From Isoptericola halotolerans (GTDB taxonomy: Bacteria > Actinomycetota > Actinomycetes > Actinomycetales > Cellulomonadaceae): 64,000 nt of DNA. The stretch spans positions 1,178,001-1,242,000 of the forward strand of contig NZ_JABEZU010000001.1 in assembly GCF_013149785.1 (NCBI RefSeq). The letters run 5' to 3'. Shown here one piece after another: positions 49,462-59,325 of this stretch. A program made the position numbers and the translations under genes. The notes under the pieces are model-generated. The model was not told the DNA's origin. It saw nothing but the letters and a program-made list of their open reading frames with translations, and made no database searches. How positions within the stretch are numbered: position 1 is the first letter of the stretch; each line of letters opens with the position of its first letter.

Positions 49462-49483
49462 GCGACAGGTAGGCTTGAACATC

Positions 49484-50593
49484 GTGGCCACCATCGACTT
49501 CCCCGCCGAGATCAAGGCGCTCCGCTCCACCCTCAAGACGATCGAGTCGGTGAGCGACCCTGCGGAGCTGCAGGAGCGGATCGAGATGCTGTCCGACCAG
49601 GCGGCCTCTCCGGACCTGTGGGACGACCAGGACAACGCGCAGAAGGTCACCTCGGCGCTGTCCCACGCGCAGAGCGAGCTCGAGCGGGTCAAGCGGTTCG
49701 GCAGCCGGATCGACGACGTCGAGACGCTGGTCGAGCTGGGCAACGAGATGGAGGACGCCGACTCCCTGGAGGAGGCCGAGGCCGAGCTGGCCAAGATCCG
49801 CAAGGATCTCCGCTCGCTCGAGGTCCGTACCCTGCTCAACGGGGAGTACGACGCCCGGGCCGCCGTCGTGACGATCCGCGCGGGTGCCGGCGGGGTCGAC
49901 GCCGCGGACTTCGCCGAGATGCTCATGCGGATGTACCTGCGCTGGGCCGAGCGTCACGGCTACCCGACCAAGGTCATGGACACCTCCTACGCCGAGGAGG
50001 CCGGCCTGAAGTCGGCGACGTTCGAGGTCGACGTGCCCTACGCCTTCGGTCACCTGTCGGTCGAGGCCGGGACCCACCGCCTGGTGCGCATCTCGCCGTT
50101 CGACAACCAGGGCCGCCGGCAGACGTCGTTCGCCGCGGTCGAGGTGATCCCGCTCATCGAGCAGACCGACTCGATCGAGATCCCGGAGAACGAGCTCAAG
50201 ATCGACGTGTTCCGCTCCTCGGGCCCGGGCGGCCAGTCGGTGAACACCACCGACTCCGCGGTGCGCATGACGCACATCCCCACGGGCACGGTCGTGTCGA
50301 TGCAGAACGAGAAGTCGCAGATCCAGAACCGCGCCGCCGCCCTGCGCGTCATGCAGTCGCGCCTGCTGCTCCTCCGCCAGGCGGAGGAGGCGGCGAAGAA
50401 GAAGGAGATGGCCGGGGACATCAAGGCGTCCTGGGGCGACCAGATGCGCTCCTACGTGCTGCACCCGTACCAGATGGTCAAGGACCTGCGCACCGAGCAC
50501 GAGTCGGGCAACACCCAGAACGTGTTCGACGGCGCGATCGACGAGTTCATCGAGGCCGGGATCCGCTGGCGCCGCTCGGGCGGCGAGAGCTGA
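49484..50593 (+). CDS. prfB: Peptide chain release factor 2
   Basis: SPF anticodon mimic, [12 protein letters not shown]; single uninterrupted frame. Confidence 0.97.
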   Translation: MATIDFPAEIKALRSTLKTIESVSDPAELQERIEMLSDQAASPDLWDDQDNAQKVTSALSHAQSELERVKRFGSRIDDVETLVELGNEMEDADSLEEAEAELAKIRKDLRSLEVRTLLNGEYDARAAVVTIRAGAGGVDAADFAEMLMRMYLRWAERHGYPTKVMDTSYAEEAGLKSATFEVDVPYAFGHLSVEAGTHRLVRISPFDNQGRRQTSFAAVEVIPLIEQTDSIEIPENELKIDVFRSSGPGGQSVNTTDSAVRMTHIPTGTVVSMQNEKSQIQNRAAALRVMQSRLLLLRQAEEAAKKKEMAGDIKASWGDQMRSYVLHPYQMVKDLRTEHESGNTQNVFDGAIDEFIEAGIRWRRSGGES

Positions 50594-50807
50594 CCCGACC
50601 GCTGCCCGGCGCTGCTGCGCCGGCCGGACAGGATGTCCGGTAGGTCACAGACCGTCCATTTCTTGCCGATCGTCGTAGTTGCGTGAAGCAACAGGTCGAC
50701 CCAGGGTGCTCCGGCGTGTCGTCCGGCGGGCGACCGTCATCACCGTGCGACGCTCGATCCGGCGAGCACCGCAGACGGTTGGTGCCCGCACGGGGGAGGG
50801 GCACGCA

Positions 50808-51755
50808 GTGATCCGGTTCGAGAACGTCTCGAAGGTCTACGCCCGCGGGGCACGACCCGCGCTCGACGACGTCGACGTCGACATCGAGCGCGGCGAGTTC
50901 GTGTTCCTCGTCGGGGCGTCCGGCTCGGGCAAGTCGACGTTCCTGCGGCTCGTCCTGCGCGAGGAGCGCCCGACCGGCGGGCGGGTCTACGTCGCCGGTC
51001 GTGACCTGACCCGGCTCTCGGCCTGGAAGGTGCCGTCGTTGCGCCGCGGGATCGGCATGGTCTTCCAGGACTTCCGGCTGCTCCCGAACAAGAACGTCTA
51101 CGAGAACGTCGCCTTCGCGCTGCAGGTCATCGGCCGGCCTCGTCACACCATCCGCACCACGGTGCCGGAGGTCCTGGAGTGGGTCGGGCTCGACGGCAAG
51201 GAGAAGCGCCGCCCGCACGAGCTGTCCGGCGGCGAGCAGCAGCGGGTCGCCATCGCCCGGGCGTTCGTCAACCGGCCGCAGATCCTGCTCGCCGACGAGC
51301 CCACCGGAAACCTCGACCCGACCACGTCGCTCGGCATCATGCGCCTGCTTGACCGCATCAACAGCACCGGCACCACCGTGGTGATGGCGACGCACGACGA
51401 CGAGATCGTCAACGAGATGCGCCGCCGCGTGGTGGAGCTGTCCACCGGCCGGGTGGTGCGCGACGAGGCAGATGCGCAGTACGGCCGCCGCGAGGACATC
51501 CTGCCGCTCGTCGGTCCGGCGCCCGTGCTCGACGCCCCGGGTCGTGGGGTGCCGCGGCCCAGCGTGCCGAACCCGCGCATCGTCGTCCAGCCCGAACCGG
51601 GCGACCTCGCGGCGGAGCGGGCCGCGGAGGCCGCCCTCGAGCAGGGTGCCTTCGATCACGACGGCGCCCAGGACGACGCCGACGTGGCCGATCCCCCTGG
51701 CGTGGGGACACGGTCCCGACGCGCGATGTCCCGTGCCGGCGTCGAGGAGGCCTGA
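50808..51755 (+). CDS. ftsE: Cell division ATP-binding protein FtsE, with C-terminal extension
   Basis: [33 protein letters not shown]; precedes ftsX. Confidence 0.95.
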   Translation: MIRFENVSKVYARGARPALDDVDVDIERGEFVFLVGASGSGKSTFLRLVLREERPTGGRVYVAGRDLTRLSAWKVPSLRRGIGMVFQDFRLLPNKNVYENVAFALQVIGRPRHTIRTTVPEVLEWVGLDGKEKRRPHELSGGEQQRVAIARAFVNRPQILLADEPTGNLDPTTSLGIMRLLDRINSTGTTVVMATHDDEIVNEMRRRVVELSTGRVVRDEADAQYGRREDILPLVGPAPVLDAPGRGVPRPSVPNPRIVVQPEPGDLAAERAAEAALEQGAFDHDGAQDDADVADPPGVGTRSRRAMSRAGVEEA

Positions 51756-51758
51756 GCG

Positions 51759-52670
51759 GTGCGCCTGCAGTTCATCCTCGTCGAGGTCCTCCAAGGGCTG
51801 CGCCGCAACGCCACCATGGTGGTGTCGGTCATCCTTGTGACGTTCGTGTCCCTGATTTTCGTGGGAGCGGCCGCGCTGCTGCAGACCCAGGTCACCAAGC
51901 TCAAGGGGGACTGGTACGACCTCGTCGAGGTCTCCGTGTTCCTCTGTCCCGACGGTTCCACCGTCCCCACCTGTGCGGAGGGGGAAGCGACCGAGGCGCA
52001 GATCGAGGCGGTCGAGCGCGCCATCGACACCGAGCTCGGCGACCTCGTGGCGACCACGTACTTCGAGTCGAAGACCGAGGCCTTCGAGGCCTTCAGCGCG
52101 CGCTACCCCGACGGGTACCAGGGCACCCAGCTCACCGAGGAGGACATGCAGGCGTCCTACCGCCTCCAGCTGGCCGACCCCGAGCAGTACCAGGTCGTGG
52201 ACGACGTGCTGGGAGGTCGGGACGGCGTCGAGGTGATCGAGGACCAGCGGGCCGCCTTCGAGCCGCTCTTCCTCGCCCTGAACCGGGCCTCGCTGGTCGC
52301 CGTCGGGCTGGCGGCCGTCATGCTGCTCGCCGCCGCGCTGCTCATCACCACCACGATCCGCCTCTCCGCCGTGTCGAGACGGCGAGAAACAGGCATCATG
52401 CGTCTCGTGGGTGCCTCGAACCTCTTCGTGCAGCTCCCCTTCATGCTGGAGGGGGCGATCGCCGCGCTCGTGGGAGCCGTCCTGGCGGTGGGCGGGCTGT
52501 GGCTCGCCGTGCAGTACCTGGTGGTCGACTGGCTCGCCCAGTCCGTCGACTGGGTCAACTACGTCACGACTGCCGACGTGCTCGCCATCGCCCCGCTGCT
52601 GCTCGGCGTCGCCGTGGCGCTCGCCGTCGTGTCCTCCGTCGTCACCCTGCACCGATACACGAGGGTGTGA
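51759..52670 (+). CDS. ftsX: Cell division permease FtsX
   Basis: GLRRN, RRRETGIMRLVGAS, PFMLEG. Confidence 0.95.
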   Translation: MRLQFILVEVLQGLRRNATMVVSVILVTFVSLIFVGAAALLQTQVTKLKGDWYDLVEVSVFLCPDGSTVPTCAEGEATEAQIEAVERAIDTELGDLVATTYFESKTEAFEAFSARYPDGYQGTQLTEEDMQASYRLQLADPEQYQVVDDVLGGRDGVEVIEDQRAAFEPLFLALNRASLVAVGLAAVMLLAAALLITTTIRLSAVSRRRETGIMRLVGASNLFVQLPFMLEGAIAALVGAVLAVGGLWLAVQYLVVDWLAQSVDWVNYVTTADVLAIAPLLLGVAVALAVVSSVVTLHRYTRV

Positions 52671-52674
52671 TCCC

Positions 52675-54228
52675 GTGAGTCAGCGTCCTGTGTCCCGCCT
52701 GCGCCGGATCGTCGGCGCCGCCGTCGTCGGCCTGCTCGTGCTGGGGCCGTCGGCGCCCGCGCTGGCCGACGAGATCGACGACCAGCGCGCCGCCGCCGAG
52801 CGGGAGAAGCGTGAGAAGGACGCGGAGCGGGAGGAGCTCGAGCTCGCGCTGGAGGACACCAACGCCGACTTCGCTCAGGCCGTGCTCGATCTCAACGCCG
52901 TCGAGGCCCGGCTGCCGGTCGCGCAGGCCGAGCTCGCCGAGGCGCAGGCCGCGTTGGCCGAGGCGCGTCGCAAGGCGGAGGTCCTCGCCACGCGCCTCGC
53001 GGACGCGGAGGACGAGGAGACCAGGATCTCGACCGAGATCGCCGACGGCGAGGGGCAGGCCGAGGCCGCGCGCTCCGACGTCGTGGCCATGGCTCGTGAG
53101 GCGTACCGGCGGGGCGACGACGTCAGCGCGCTCGGTCTGGTCACCGGCGCGCAGTCGACCCGCGAGTTCCTCGAGGACATGGCCGTCAACTCCTCGGCCG
53201 CCCGGAGCCAGTCACGTGCTGTCGCCGAGCTGCAGGAGGCAGAGACGGTGGCGCGCAACCAGGAGGCCCGGCTCGTCGCGATCCGCGAGACCATCGCCGA
53301 GCTCAAGGCCGAGGCCGACGCGAACGTCGTCGTCGCCCAGGAGGCCGAGCAGGCCGCCGTCGAGCGCAAGGCCGAGGTCGAACAGCTCATCGCGGAGCAG
53401 GAACAGCTCAAGGCCACCATCGAGGAGCGACGCGACGAGACCGTCGCCGAGCTCGAGGAGAACGAGGCCCAGCGCGCGACCCTCCAGGACGAGATCCAGG
53501 AGATCATCGTCAAGCAGGAGGAGCGCGACCGGCGCCTCGAGGAGGAGCGCAAGCAGCGCGAGGCCGAGGAGCGCAGGCAACGCGAGGCCGAGCAGAAGCG
53601 CGAGGCCGAGCGGCAGGCGCAGCGTGAGGCGGCTGAGCGCGAGAGCTCCCGTGGCGGCGGAGGGGGCGGCGGCTCCGGCTCCGGCGGCTCCGGCGGCGGC
53701 GGTGGCGGTGGCGGTGGCGGCTCCAGCTCCGGTGGCTCCGGTGGGGGCTCCGGCGGCGGTGGCGGTGGCGGCTCCAGCTCCGGCGGTGGTGGCGGCGGTG
53801 GAGGGGGCGGCGGCTCCGTGTCGGGTCCGTTCCTCGGCTGGCCGACGAACTACCGGGTGGTCACGAGCTCGTACGGCCAACGCTTCCACCCGATCTACAA
53901 CGCGTGGCGGCTGCACGCCGGGACGGACATCCGTTCCTACTGCGGCACCCCCATCTACTCGGCGCAGAGCGGTTACGTCGAGCAGGCGTACTACGGCAGC
54001 GGTCCGGGCAACAACGTGCTCATCAACCACGGGCGGCACAAGGGCGACAACGTCATGAGCCGGTACCTGCACCTGTCGCGCGACGTCGTCAGCGTGGGCC
54101 AGAAGGTCTCGAAGGGCGAGATCATCGGCTACTCGGGCAGCTCGGGCAGCTCGACGGCGTGCCACCTGCACTTCGAGGTGTTCGTCAACGGTCGCACGGT
54201 GGACCCGATGGGCGGCTGGCTCAACTGA
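52675..54228 (+). CDS. Secreted coiled-coil M23 peptidoglycan endopeptidase
   Basis: Signal peptide, long coiled coil, Gly/Ser linker, HAGTD and HLHFE zinc motifs. Confidence 0.9.
   Translation: MSQRPVSRLRRIVGAAVVGLLVLGPSAPALADEIDDQRAAAEREKREKDAEREELELALEDTNADFAQAVLDLNAVEARLPVAQAELAEAQAALAEARRKAEVLATRLADAEDEETRISTEIADGEGQAEAARSDVVAMAREAYRRGDDVSALGLVTGAQSTREFLEDMAVNSSAARSQSRAVAELQEAETVARNQEARLVAIRETIAELKAEADANVVVAQEAEQAAVERKAEVEQLIAEQEQLKATIEERRDETVAELEENEAQRATLQDEIQEIIVKQEERDRRLEEERKQREAEERRQREAEQKREAERQAQREAAERESSRGGGGGGGSGSGGSGGGGGGGGGGSSSGGSGGGSGGGGGGGSSSGGGGGGGGGGGSVSGPFLGWPTNYRVVTSSYGQRFHPIYNAWRLHAGTDIRSYCGTPIYSAQSGYVEQAYYGSGPGNNVLINHGRHKGDNVMSRYLHLSRDVVSVGQKVSKGEIIGYSGSSGSSTACHLHFEVFVNGRTVDPMGGWLN
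53650..53817 (+). repeat. GGC/GGT low-complexity repeat encoding a Gly/Ser linker
   Basis: About 55 codons almost all Gly/Ser, with internal direct repeats. Confidence 0.85.
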
Positions 54229-54328
54229 GGCGGGCGTGACTATTCGCTGGACCGGCGCCGTCGGCCGCGTATCCTGGAATGTCGCTGACGCACGAACGTT
54301 GTAGCCCGCAGAGCAGGGAGGGAGAGCC

Positions 54329-54829
54329 ATGTCCAACAAGGCCAAGGGTGCCAAGAAGAAGCAGGACGACCCGCGCCAGGTCGTGGCGAACAACAAGAAG
54401 GCGCGCCACGACTTCACGATCGAGGACGTCTTCGAGGCCGGGATCGTGCTGTCCGGGACCGAGGTCAAGGCGTTGCGCATGGGCCGGGCGTCGCTGGTGG
54501 ACGGCTATGTCGCGATCGACCACGACGAGGCCTGGCTCGAGAACGTCCATATCCCTGAGTACTTCCAGGGCACGTGGAACAACCACGCCCCGAAGCGCAA
54601 GCGCAAGCTGCTGCTGCACCGCGAGGAGATCGACCGCCTCGGGGTGAAGTCCCGGGAGAAGGGGCACACGATCGTGCCGCTGCGGCTGTACTTCCTCGAC
54701 GGCCGGGCCAAGGTGGAGATCGCGCTGGCCCGAGGCAAGAAGGAGTACGACAAGCGCCAGACCCTGCGTGAGCAGCAGGACATGCGCGAGGCGCGGCGGG
54801 CCATCCGCCACAAGGAGCTCCTGGGCTGA
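54329..54829 (+). CDS. smpB: SsrA-binding protein
   Basis: [36 protein letters not shown]. Confidence 0.97.
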   Translation: MSNKAKGAKKKQDDPRQVVANNKKARHDFTIEDVFEAGIVLSGTEVKALRMGRASLVDGYVAIDHDEAWLENVHIPEYFQGTWNNHAPKRKRKLLLHREEIDRLGVKSREKGHTIVPLRLYFLDGRAKVEIALARGKKEYDKRQTLREQQDMREARRAIRHKELLG

Positions 54830-54875
54830 GCCGGGCCGTCGCCGCGCACGCAGCGTGCACGACGGCGGTGCCCGC

Positions 54876-55550
54876 TCAGCGTTCGGCCGCCGGCACGGTG
54901 CCGGGCATCCACAGGAACTGGACGCGTTCCATGAGGGCCTTGCGCTGGGTGTTCTGGAACGCGGCGACGGACCAGCTCCCGTCTCCGTCGGCACGCACGA
55001 GCGTGTACGTCTGGACCTTGGTCGGGGTGCCGGGGGTGTCCCCCTCGTAGGTGTCGCCGCGGACGGTCAGGACGGCGACGTCGTGCGTGAGGAAGCGCAG
55101 GGCGAGGTAGGAGCTGTCCAGGCGGGTGCCCTCCAGCACGTCCTCGAACAGGGCGGCGTGGCTGTCGACGATGTCCTGGCGTCCGACGTAGTGCGTCCCG
55201 GCGAACGTGGTGTAGGTCGCGTCCGCCGTGAAGGCGGCACCGTAGGCCTCGGCGTCGTGGGCGGCCCAGGACGCTTCGAGCCCTTCGACGACGGCGCAGA
55301 CGTCGGCGGCCGCGTCGGGGTCGCCGGTGCCGCTCACCGGTGCGTCGGCGCAGTCGGCGACCCCGCCGGCGGCGACCCCGCTCGTGCCGTGCAGGTAGAC
55401 GGTGCCGCCCACGGCAGCGAGGGTGACGGCGGTTGCCGCACCGGCGGCCACCCACCACCACCGGAACCGTCGGGGGCCTGTCGTGAAGTCGGTCCCGGTG
55501 TCGGAGCCGGTGTCGGCGGCGGCGTCGAACGGGGCGGTCTGCGTGGTCAT
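54876..55550 (-). CDS. SgcJ/EcaC-like NTF2-fold protein with N-terminal TM
   Basis: WAAHDA.AY...FT.DA, GR..I..SH, AFQNT. Confidence 0.78.
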   Translation of the reverse strand: MTTQTAPFDAAADTGSDTGTDFTTGPRRFRWWWVAAGAATAVTLAAVGGTVYLHGTSGVAAGGVADCADAPVSGTGDPDAAADVCAVVEGLEASWAAHDAEAYGAAFTADATYTTFAGTHYVGRQDIVDSHAALFEDVLEGTRLDSSYLALRFLTHDVAVLTVRGDTYEGDTPGTPTKVQTYTLVRADGDGSWSVAAFQNTQRKALMERVQFLWMPGTVPAAER

Positions 55551-55597
55551 CGTTGTCCTCCGGGGTTCATGAGATAATGAGTGTGTGCATGCAACTA

Positions 55598-55611
55598 TTG
55601 CACGTGTGCAA
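55598..55611. promoter_or_regulatory. Probable MarR operator
   Basis: TTGCAC-gt-GTGCAA palindrome between the divergent genes. Confidence 0.65.
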
Positions 55612-55624
55612 CTAAGGAGCAACC

Positions 55625-56047
55625 GTGGACCTCACCACCGCCTACCGCCGCTACCTCGCCGCCGTGGTGCGCTTCCACCTGGCGGCTGCCGACGCCGGCG
55701 GCCTGGGCGCGACCGACTATCAGGCGGCGAGCCTGCTCGACTCCGAGGGGCCGATGACGTCCGGAGAGCTGGGGCGGATGCTCCGGTTGTCGCCCAGCGC
55801 GACGACCCGCGCGGTCGATCGGCTGATCGCGGCCGGCATCGCCGAGCGGGCGGCCGACCCGGACGACCGGCGTCGGATCCTCGTCCGGCACACCGGCCTG
55901 CTGCCCGACGGGCTGCTCGACCTCCTCGCGCGCGTGCAGGAACCCATCGGGGCGGCCGTCGCCGGGCTGACGGACGCGCAGCGGGAGGGGCTGGAGGTCT
56001 ACCTGCGCGCTGCGACCGAGGCGTACCGCGGCGCCCTCGATCGGTGA
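55625..56047 (+). CDS. MarR-family regulator
   Basis: GPMTSGEL, TTRAVDRL, DPDDRRR; AAGGAG RBS. Confidence 0.88.
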   Translation: MDLTTAYRRYLAAVVRFHLAAADAGGLGATDYQAASLLDSEGPMTSGELGRMLRLSPSATTRAVDRLIAAGIAERAADPDDRRRILVRHTGLLPDGLLDLLARVQEPIGAAVAGLTDAQREGLEVYLRAATEAYRGALDR

Positions 56048-56150
56048 CCGGCGCCACGGCGGCCCGGCGGGGAATTATCCGTGCGGTCACCGCTGTTGGT
56101 GCACTACGATGGAACGACCGGCCCCAGGGTCGGTGCTTGACAACACCACA

Positions 56151-56517
56151 GGGGCTGATCGGTTTCGACGGTGGTCGTGATTCCAGGAGAAGCGGGCCGA
56201 GGAGGCAGGCTCATCTCGTGAACGATGCCTGCAAACCAATAGGTGCCGATAACAAGCGCACCGACTTCGCCCTCGCCGCCTGAGCGAGCCTCGAAGTCCG
56301 TGAGCCCGGGGTTCGCTCTCGACCCGGTCGCTCACGTCATCTAGAGAGCCACTGCTCGCAGTCCTCGTCGTCGGGACTGCGGGGACTCTCAGGCGACTGA
56401 GCCCGTCCACACCTTGTCTGCGTGAGTGTGGGGGCTGAGAAAAGCACAGCAGACTGCGCCCGGAGAAGTCCTGGAACAGCGTCACCGGACCCGGGTTCGA
56501 TTCCCGGCAGCTCCACC
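56151..56517 (+). ncRNA. ssrA: tmRNA; tag (A)ADNKRTDFALAA at 56245-56283
   Basis: 5' GGGGCTG pairs with 3' CAGCTCC (G3.U), T-arm CCGGGTTCGATTCCCGG, ALAA-stop tag; near smpB; terminal CCA not fully encoded. Confidence 0.96.
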
Positions 56518-56523
56518 CCGTGC

Positions 56524-56568
56524 ACAAGGCCCGGACCCTGCCAGCAGCTGGCAGGGCCCGGGCCTTGT
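56524..56568 (+). terminator. Long hairpin after ssrA
   Basis: ACAAGGCCCGGACCCTGCCAGC-a-GCTGGCAGGGCCCGGGCCTTGT, one mismatch. Confidence 0.75.
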
Positions 56569-56655
56569 CGTCGTTCCCGGCAGGTGCGCGCAGGACGCGT
56601 GGACCGCGTCGAGCCGGGGTCGAGCCGCGGGTGCCGGGCGCGGCACACTGGGCTC

Positions 56656-59217
56656 ATGTCCGTGACCGCACTCGTCGATCTCCTCGCCGCCCCTCCGGCG
56701 CTCCCGGTCACCAGCGGCCTCGACGAGCTCCAGGCGGCGGTGCGGGCCTCCGGGACGGCGGTGCTGCAGTCCCCGCCGGGGAGCGGGAAGACGACCCTGG
56801 TCCCGCCCTCGCTCGCCGTCGCCCTGGGTGGCCGGGTGGTCGTCACCCAACCACGCCGGATCGCCGCTCGCGCCGGTGCTCGCCGGCTCGCGGGGCTCCT
56901 CGGTGAGCCCGTCGGCCGGACGGCCGGCTTCTCGGTGCGCGGTGACCGGCAGGCAGGCCCGGGGACTCTCGTGGAGTTCGTCACCGCCGGCACCCTGCTG
57001 CGCCGCCTGCAGCGCGACCCGGAGCTCCCCGGGGTCAGCGCCGTCGTGCTCGACGAGATCCACGAGCGGCAGGTCGACGGCGACCTCCTGCTCGCCGTGC
57101 TGACCGAGGTGCGCGCCGCGCTGCGCGAGGACCTCGTGGTCGTGGCCATGTCCGCCACCCTCGAGGCGGACCGCGTCGCCGGCCTGCTCGGCGCCGGGAC
57201 GTCCGTGGTCACCGTGCCGGGAGCGCTGCACCCGGTCTCGACCGTCTGGTGCCCGGGGCCGCGCACGGCACCGCGACTGACGCCGTCGGGCACCAGCCGT
57301 GAGTTCCTCGGTCATGTCACCGACGTCCTGGGGCGAGCGCTGCAGGAACAGTCCGGCGACGTCCTGGTCTTCCTGCCGGGCGCCCGGGAGGTCGACGACG
57401 TGGTGCGCCGCGCCCGTTCCGCCTGGGCCGGGGTCGACGTGCTGCCGCTGCACGGACGGCTGCCCGGCGCCGAGCAGGACCGCGCCCTGCGGCCGACGGA
57501 GAACCGCCGCGTCGTCGTCTCGACGGCGGTCGCGGAGTCCTCGCTCACCGTCCCGGGTGTCCGCGTCGTGGTGGACGCGGGCCTGGCCCGCGAGCCCCGG
57601 ACGGACCACCACCGGGGTCTGGCCGGACTCGTCACGTGCAGCGTGAGCCAGGCCGCCGCCGAGCAGCGCGCCGGTCGGGCCGGGCGTCAGGGCCCCGGGA
57701 CGGTGTACCGGTGCTGGTCCGCGGCGGAGCACGCCGGGCTGGCGCGCCACCCCCGGCCCGAGATCCTCACCGCCGACCTGACCGGCCCGATGCTCGAGCT
57801 CGCCCTGTGGGGCGCGCCGGGCGGCAGAGGGCTGGACCTGCTGGACCCGCCCCCGCCGGCGGCTGCCGCGGCTGCCCGGGCCGTGCTCGGTGAGCTCGGC
57901 GCCCTGTCGTCCGACGGTACGGTCACGGCGCGGGGCCGGGCGATCGCGGCGGTCGGGACCGACCCGCGTCTGGCCCGGGCGCTCCTGGACGGAGCGGAGA
58001 CCGTCGGTCCCCGCGTCGCTGCCGAGACCGTCGCACTGCTCGCGACCGACGGCGGCCCGAGCGACGTCGACCTGGCGGCGGCGCTGCGACGCCAGCGTTC
58101 CGCCCCGGGGCGGGGCAGCGCCTGGCGGCGCGAGGCGGACCGCTGGGAGCGGGTCGTCGCGCCGTCGAGCCGGGTCGCGCCGTCGAGCCGGGTCGCGCGG
58201 GACGACCGGGCCGCCACCTCGTCCGGGATGCCCGTGATGAGCCTCGATCTCGCCGTCGGGACCGTGACGGCGTTGGCCCATCCTGACCGCATCGCCCGTC
58301 GACGGCCGGGCACCGACCGCTACCTCATGGCGGGGGGAGCGGGCGCGCGCCTGGCGGGGGGCGCCCTGGCCGGCAGCGAGTGGCTCGCCGTCGCGGACGC
58401 GACCCGGTCGCCCGGGCAGCCCGACGCCGTCGTCCGGTCGGCGGTGCCGATCGACGAGGCCACCGCCCGTGAGGCGGGCGCAAGGTTGGTGGAGACCGTG
58501 GAGGACGTCGCCTGGCGGGACGGCCGGCTGGTGTCGCGCAGAGTGGTGCGGCTGGGGGCGATCGAGCTGTCTGCGGAACCGTTGAGCCGCCCGCCGTCCG
58601 ACCTGGTCGCGGCCGCCGTCCGCCAGGGCCTGCGCGCCGAAGGGCTCGACCTGGTGCCGTGGCCACCGGCGGCGGTCTCGCTGCGTCGTCGGCTGGCCTT
58701 CCTGCACGCCGCGCTGGGCGAACCGTGGCCGGACGTGTCCGACGAAGCGCTGGAGGAGTGCGTGCCGGCATGGCTCGGGCCGGACCTCGACGGCGTCCGC
58801 ACCGGCCGGGACCTGCGCCGCCTGGACACGACGACGGCGCTGCGCAGGCTGCTCCCGTGGCCCGAGGCTGCCCGTCTCGACGTGCTGGCCCCCGAGCGGG
58901 TCACCGTCCCCACCGGCTCGGCCCTGCGCGTGGACTACTCCGACCCGGCTCGGCCGGTCCTGGCCGTCCGGGTCCAGGAGGTCTTCGGCTGGCAGGGAGC
59001 ACCCGCCCTGGCCGGTGGCAGGGTGCCGCTGGTCCTGGAGCTGCTCTCGCCGGCGCGCCGGACCGCCGCCGTCACCGCCGACCTCGCGGGCTTCTGGCGC
59101 ACCGGCTACCCGCAGGTGCGGGCCGAGCTGCGTGGGCGGTACCCCAAGCACCCGTGGCCCGAGGACCCGGCGTCCGCCGGCGCGACGACCCGGACCAAGG
59201 GCGCCTCGCGCGGCTGA
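56656..59217 (+). CDS. hrpB: ATP-dependent helicase HrpB
   Basis: PPGSGKTT, QPRR, DEIHER, MSAT, QRAGRAGR, ELRGRYPKHPWP. Confidence 0.94.
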   Translation: MSVTALVDLLAAPPALPVTSGLDELQAAVRASGTAVLQSPPGSGKTTLVPPSLAVALGGRVVVTQPRRIAARAGARRLAGLLGEPVGRTAGFSVRGDRQAGPGTLVEFVTAGTLLRRLQRDPELPGVSAVVLDEIHERQVDGDLLLAVLTEVRAALREDLVVVAMSATLEADRVAGLLGAGTSVVTVPGALHPVSTVWCPGPRTAPRLTPSGTSREFLGHVTDVLGRALQEQSGDVLVFLPGAREVDDVVRRARSAWAGVDVLPLHGRLPGAEQDRALRPTENRRVVVSTAVAESSLTVPGVRVVVDAGLAREPRTDHHRGLAGLVTCSVSQAAAEQRAGRAGRQGPGTVYRCWSAAEHAGLARHPRPEILTADLTGPMLELALWGAPGGRGLDLLDPPPPAAAAAARAVLGELGALSSDGTVTARGRAIAAVGTDPRLARALLDGAETVGPRVAAETVALLATDGGPSDVDLAAALRRQRSAPGRGSAWRREADRWERVVAPSSRVAPSSRVARDDRAATSSGMPVMSLDLAVGTVTALAHPDRIARRRPGTDRYLMAGGAGARLAGGALAGSEWLAVADATRSPGQPDAVVRSAVPIDEATAREAGARLVETVEDVAWRDGRLVSRRVVRLGAIELSAEPLSRPPSDLVAAAVRQGLRAEGLDLVPWPPAAVSLRRRLAFLHAALGEPWPDVSDEALEECVPAWLGPDLDGVRTGRDLRRLDTTTALRRLLPWPEAARLDVLAPERVTVPTGSALRVDYSDPARPVLAVRVQEVFGWQGAPALAGGRVPLVLELLSPARRTAAVTADLAGFWRTGYPQVRAELRGRYPKHPWPEDPASAGATTRTKGASRG

Positions 59218-59325
59218 GCGCCACCCGCGGTCACCGCGCGACGCGCGGAGATCCTGTGAATGCTGGACACTGAGTGCTCACGTCGTCATGGTGGGGGTGC
59301 CGACCGTCACCGGAGAGAGGTAGCC

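Noticed and set aside
49484..50593. Programmed +1 frameshift in prfB
   Set aside because: Frame is continuous, as is usual in actinobacteria
55585..56283. 232-aa ORF ending ADNKRTDFALAA
   Set aside because: Chance open frame running into the tmRNA tag; it overlaps marR and ssrA
56490..56660. Prophage or island integrated at ssrA
   Set aside because: No integrase or duplicated tmRNA 3' end seen; hairpin and hrpB follow directly
58156..58198. 18-bp tandem duplication (VAPSSR x2) in hrpB
   Set aside because: In-frame slippage in a probable variable loop; no further signal
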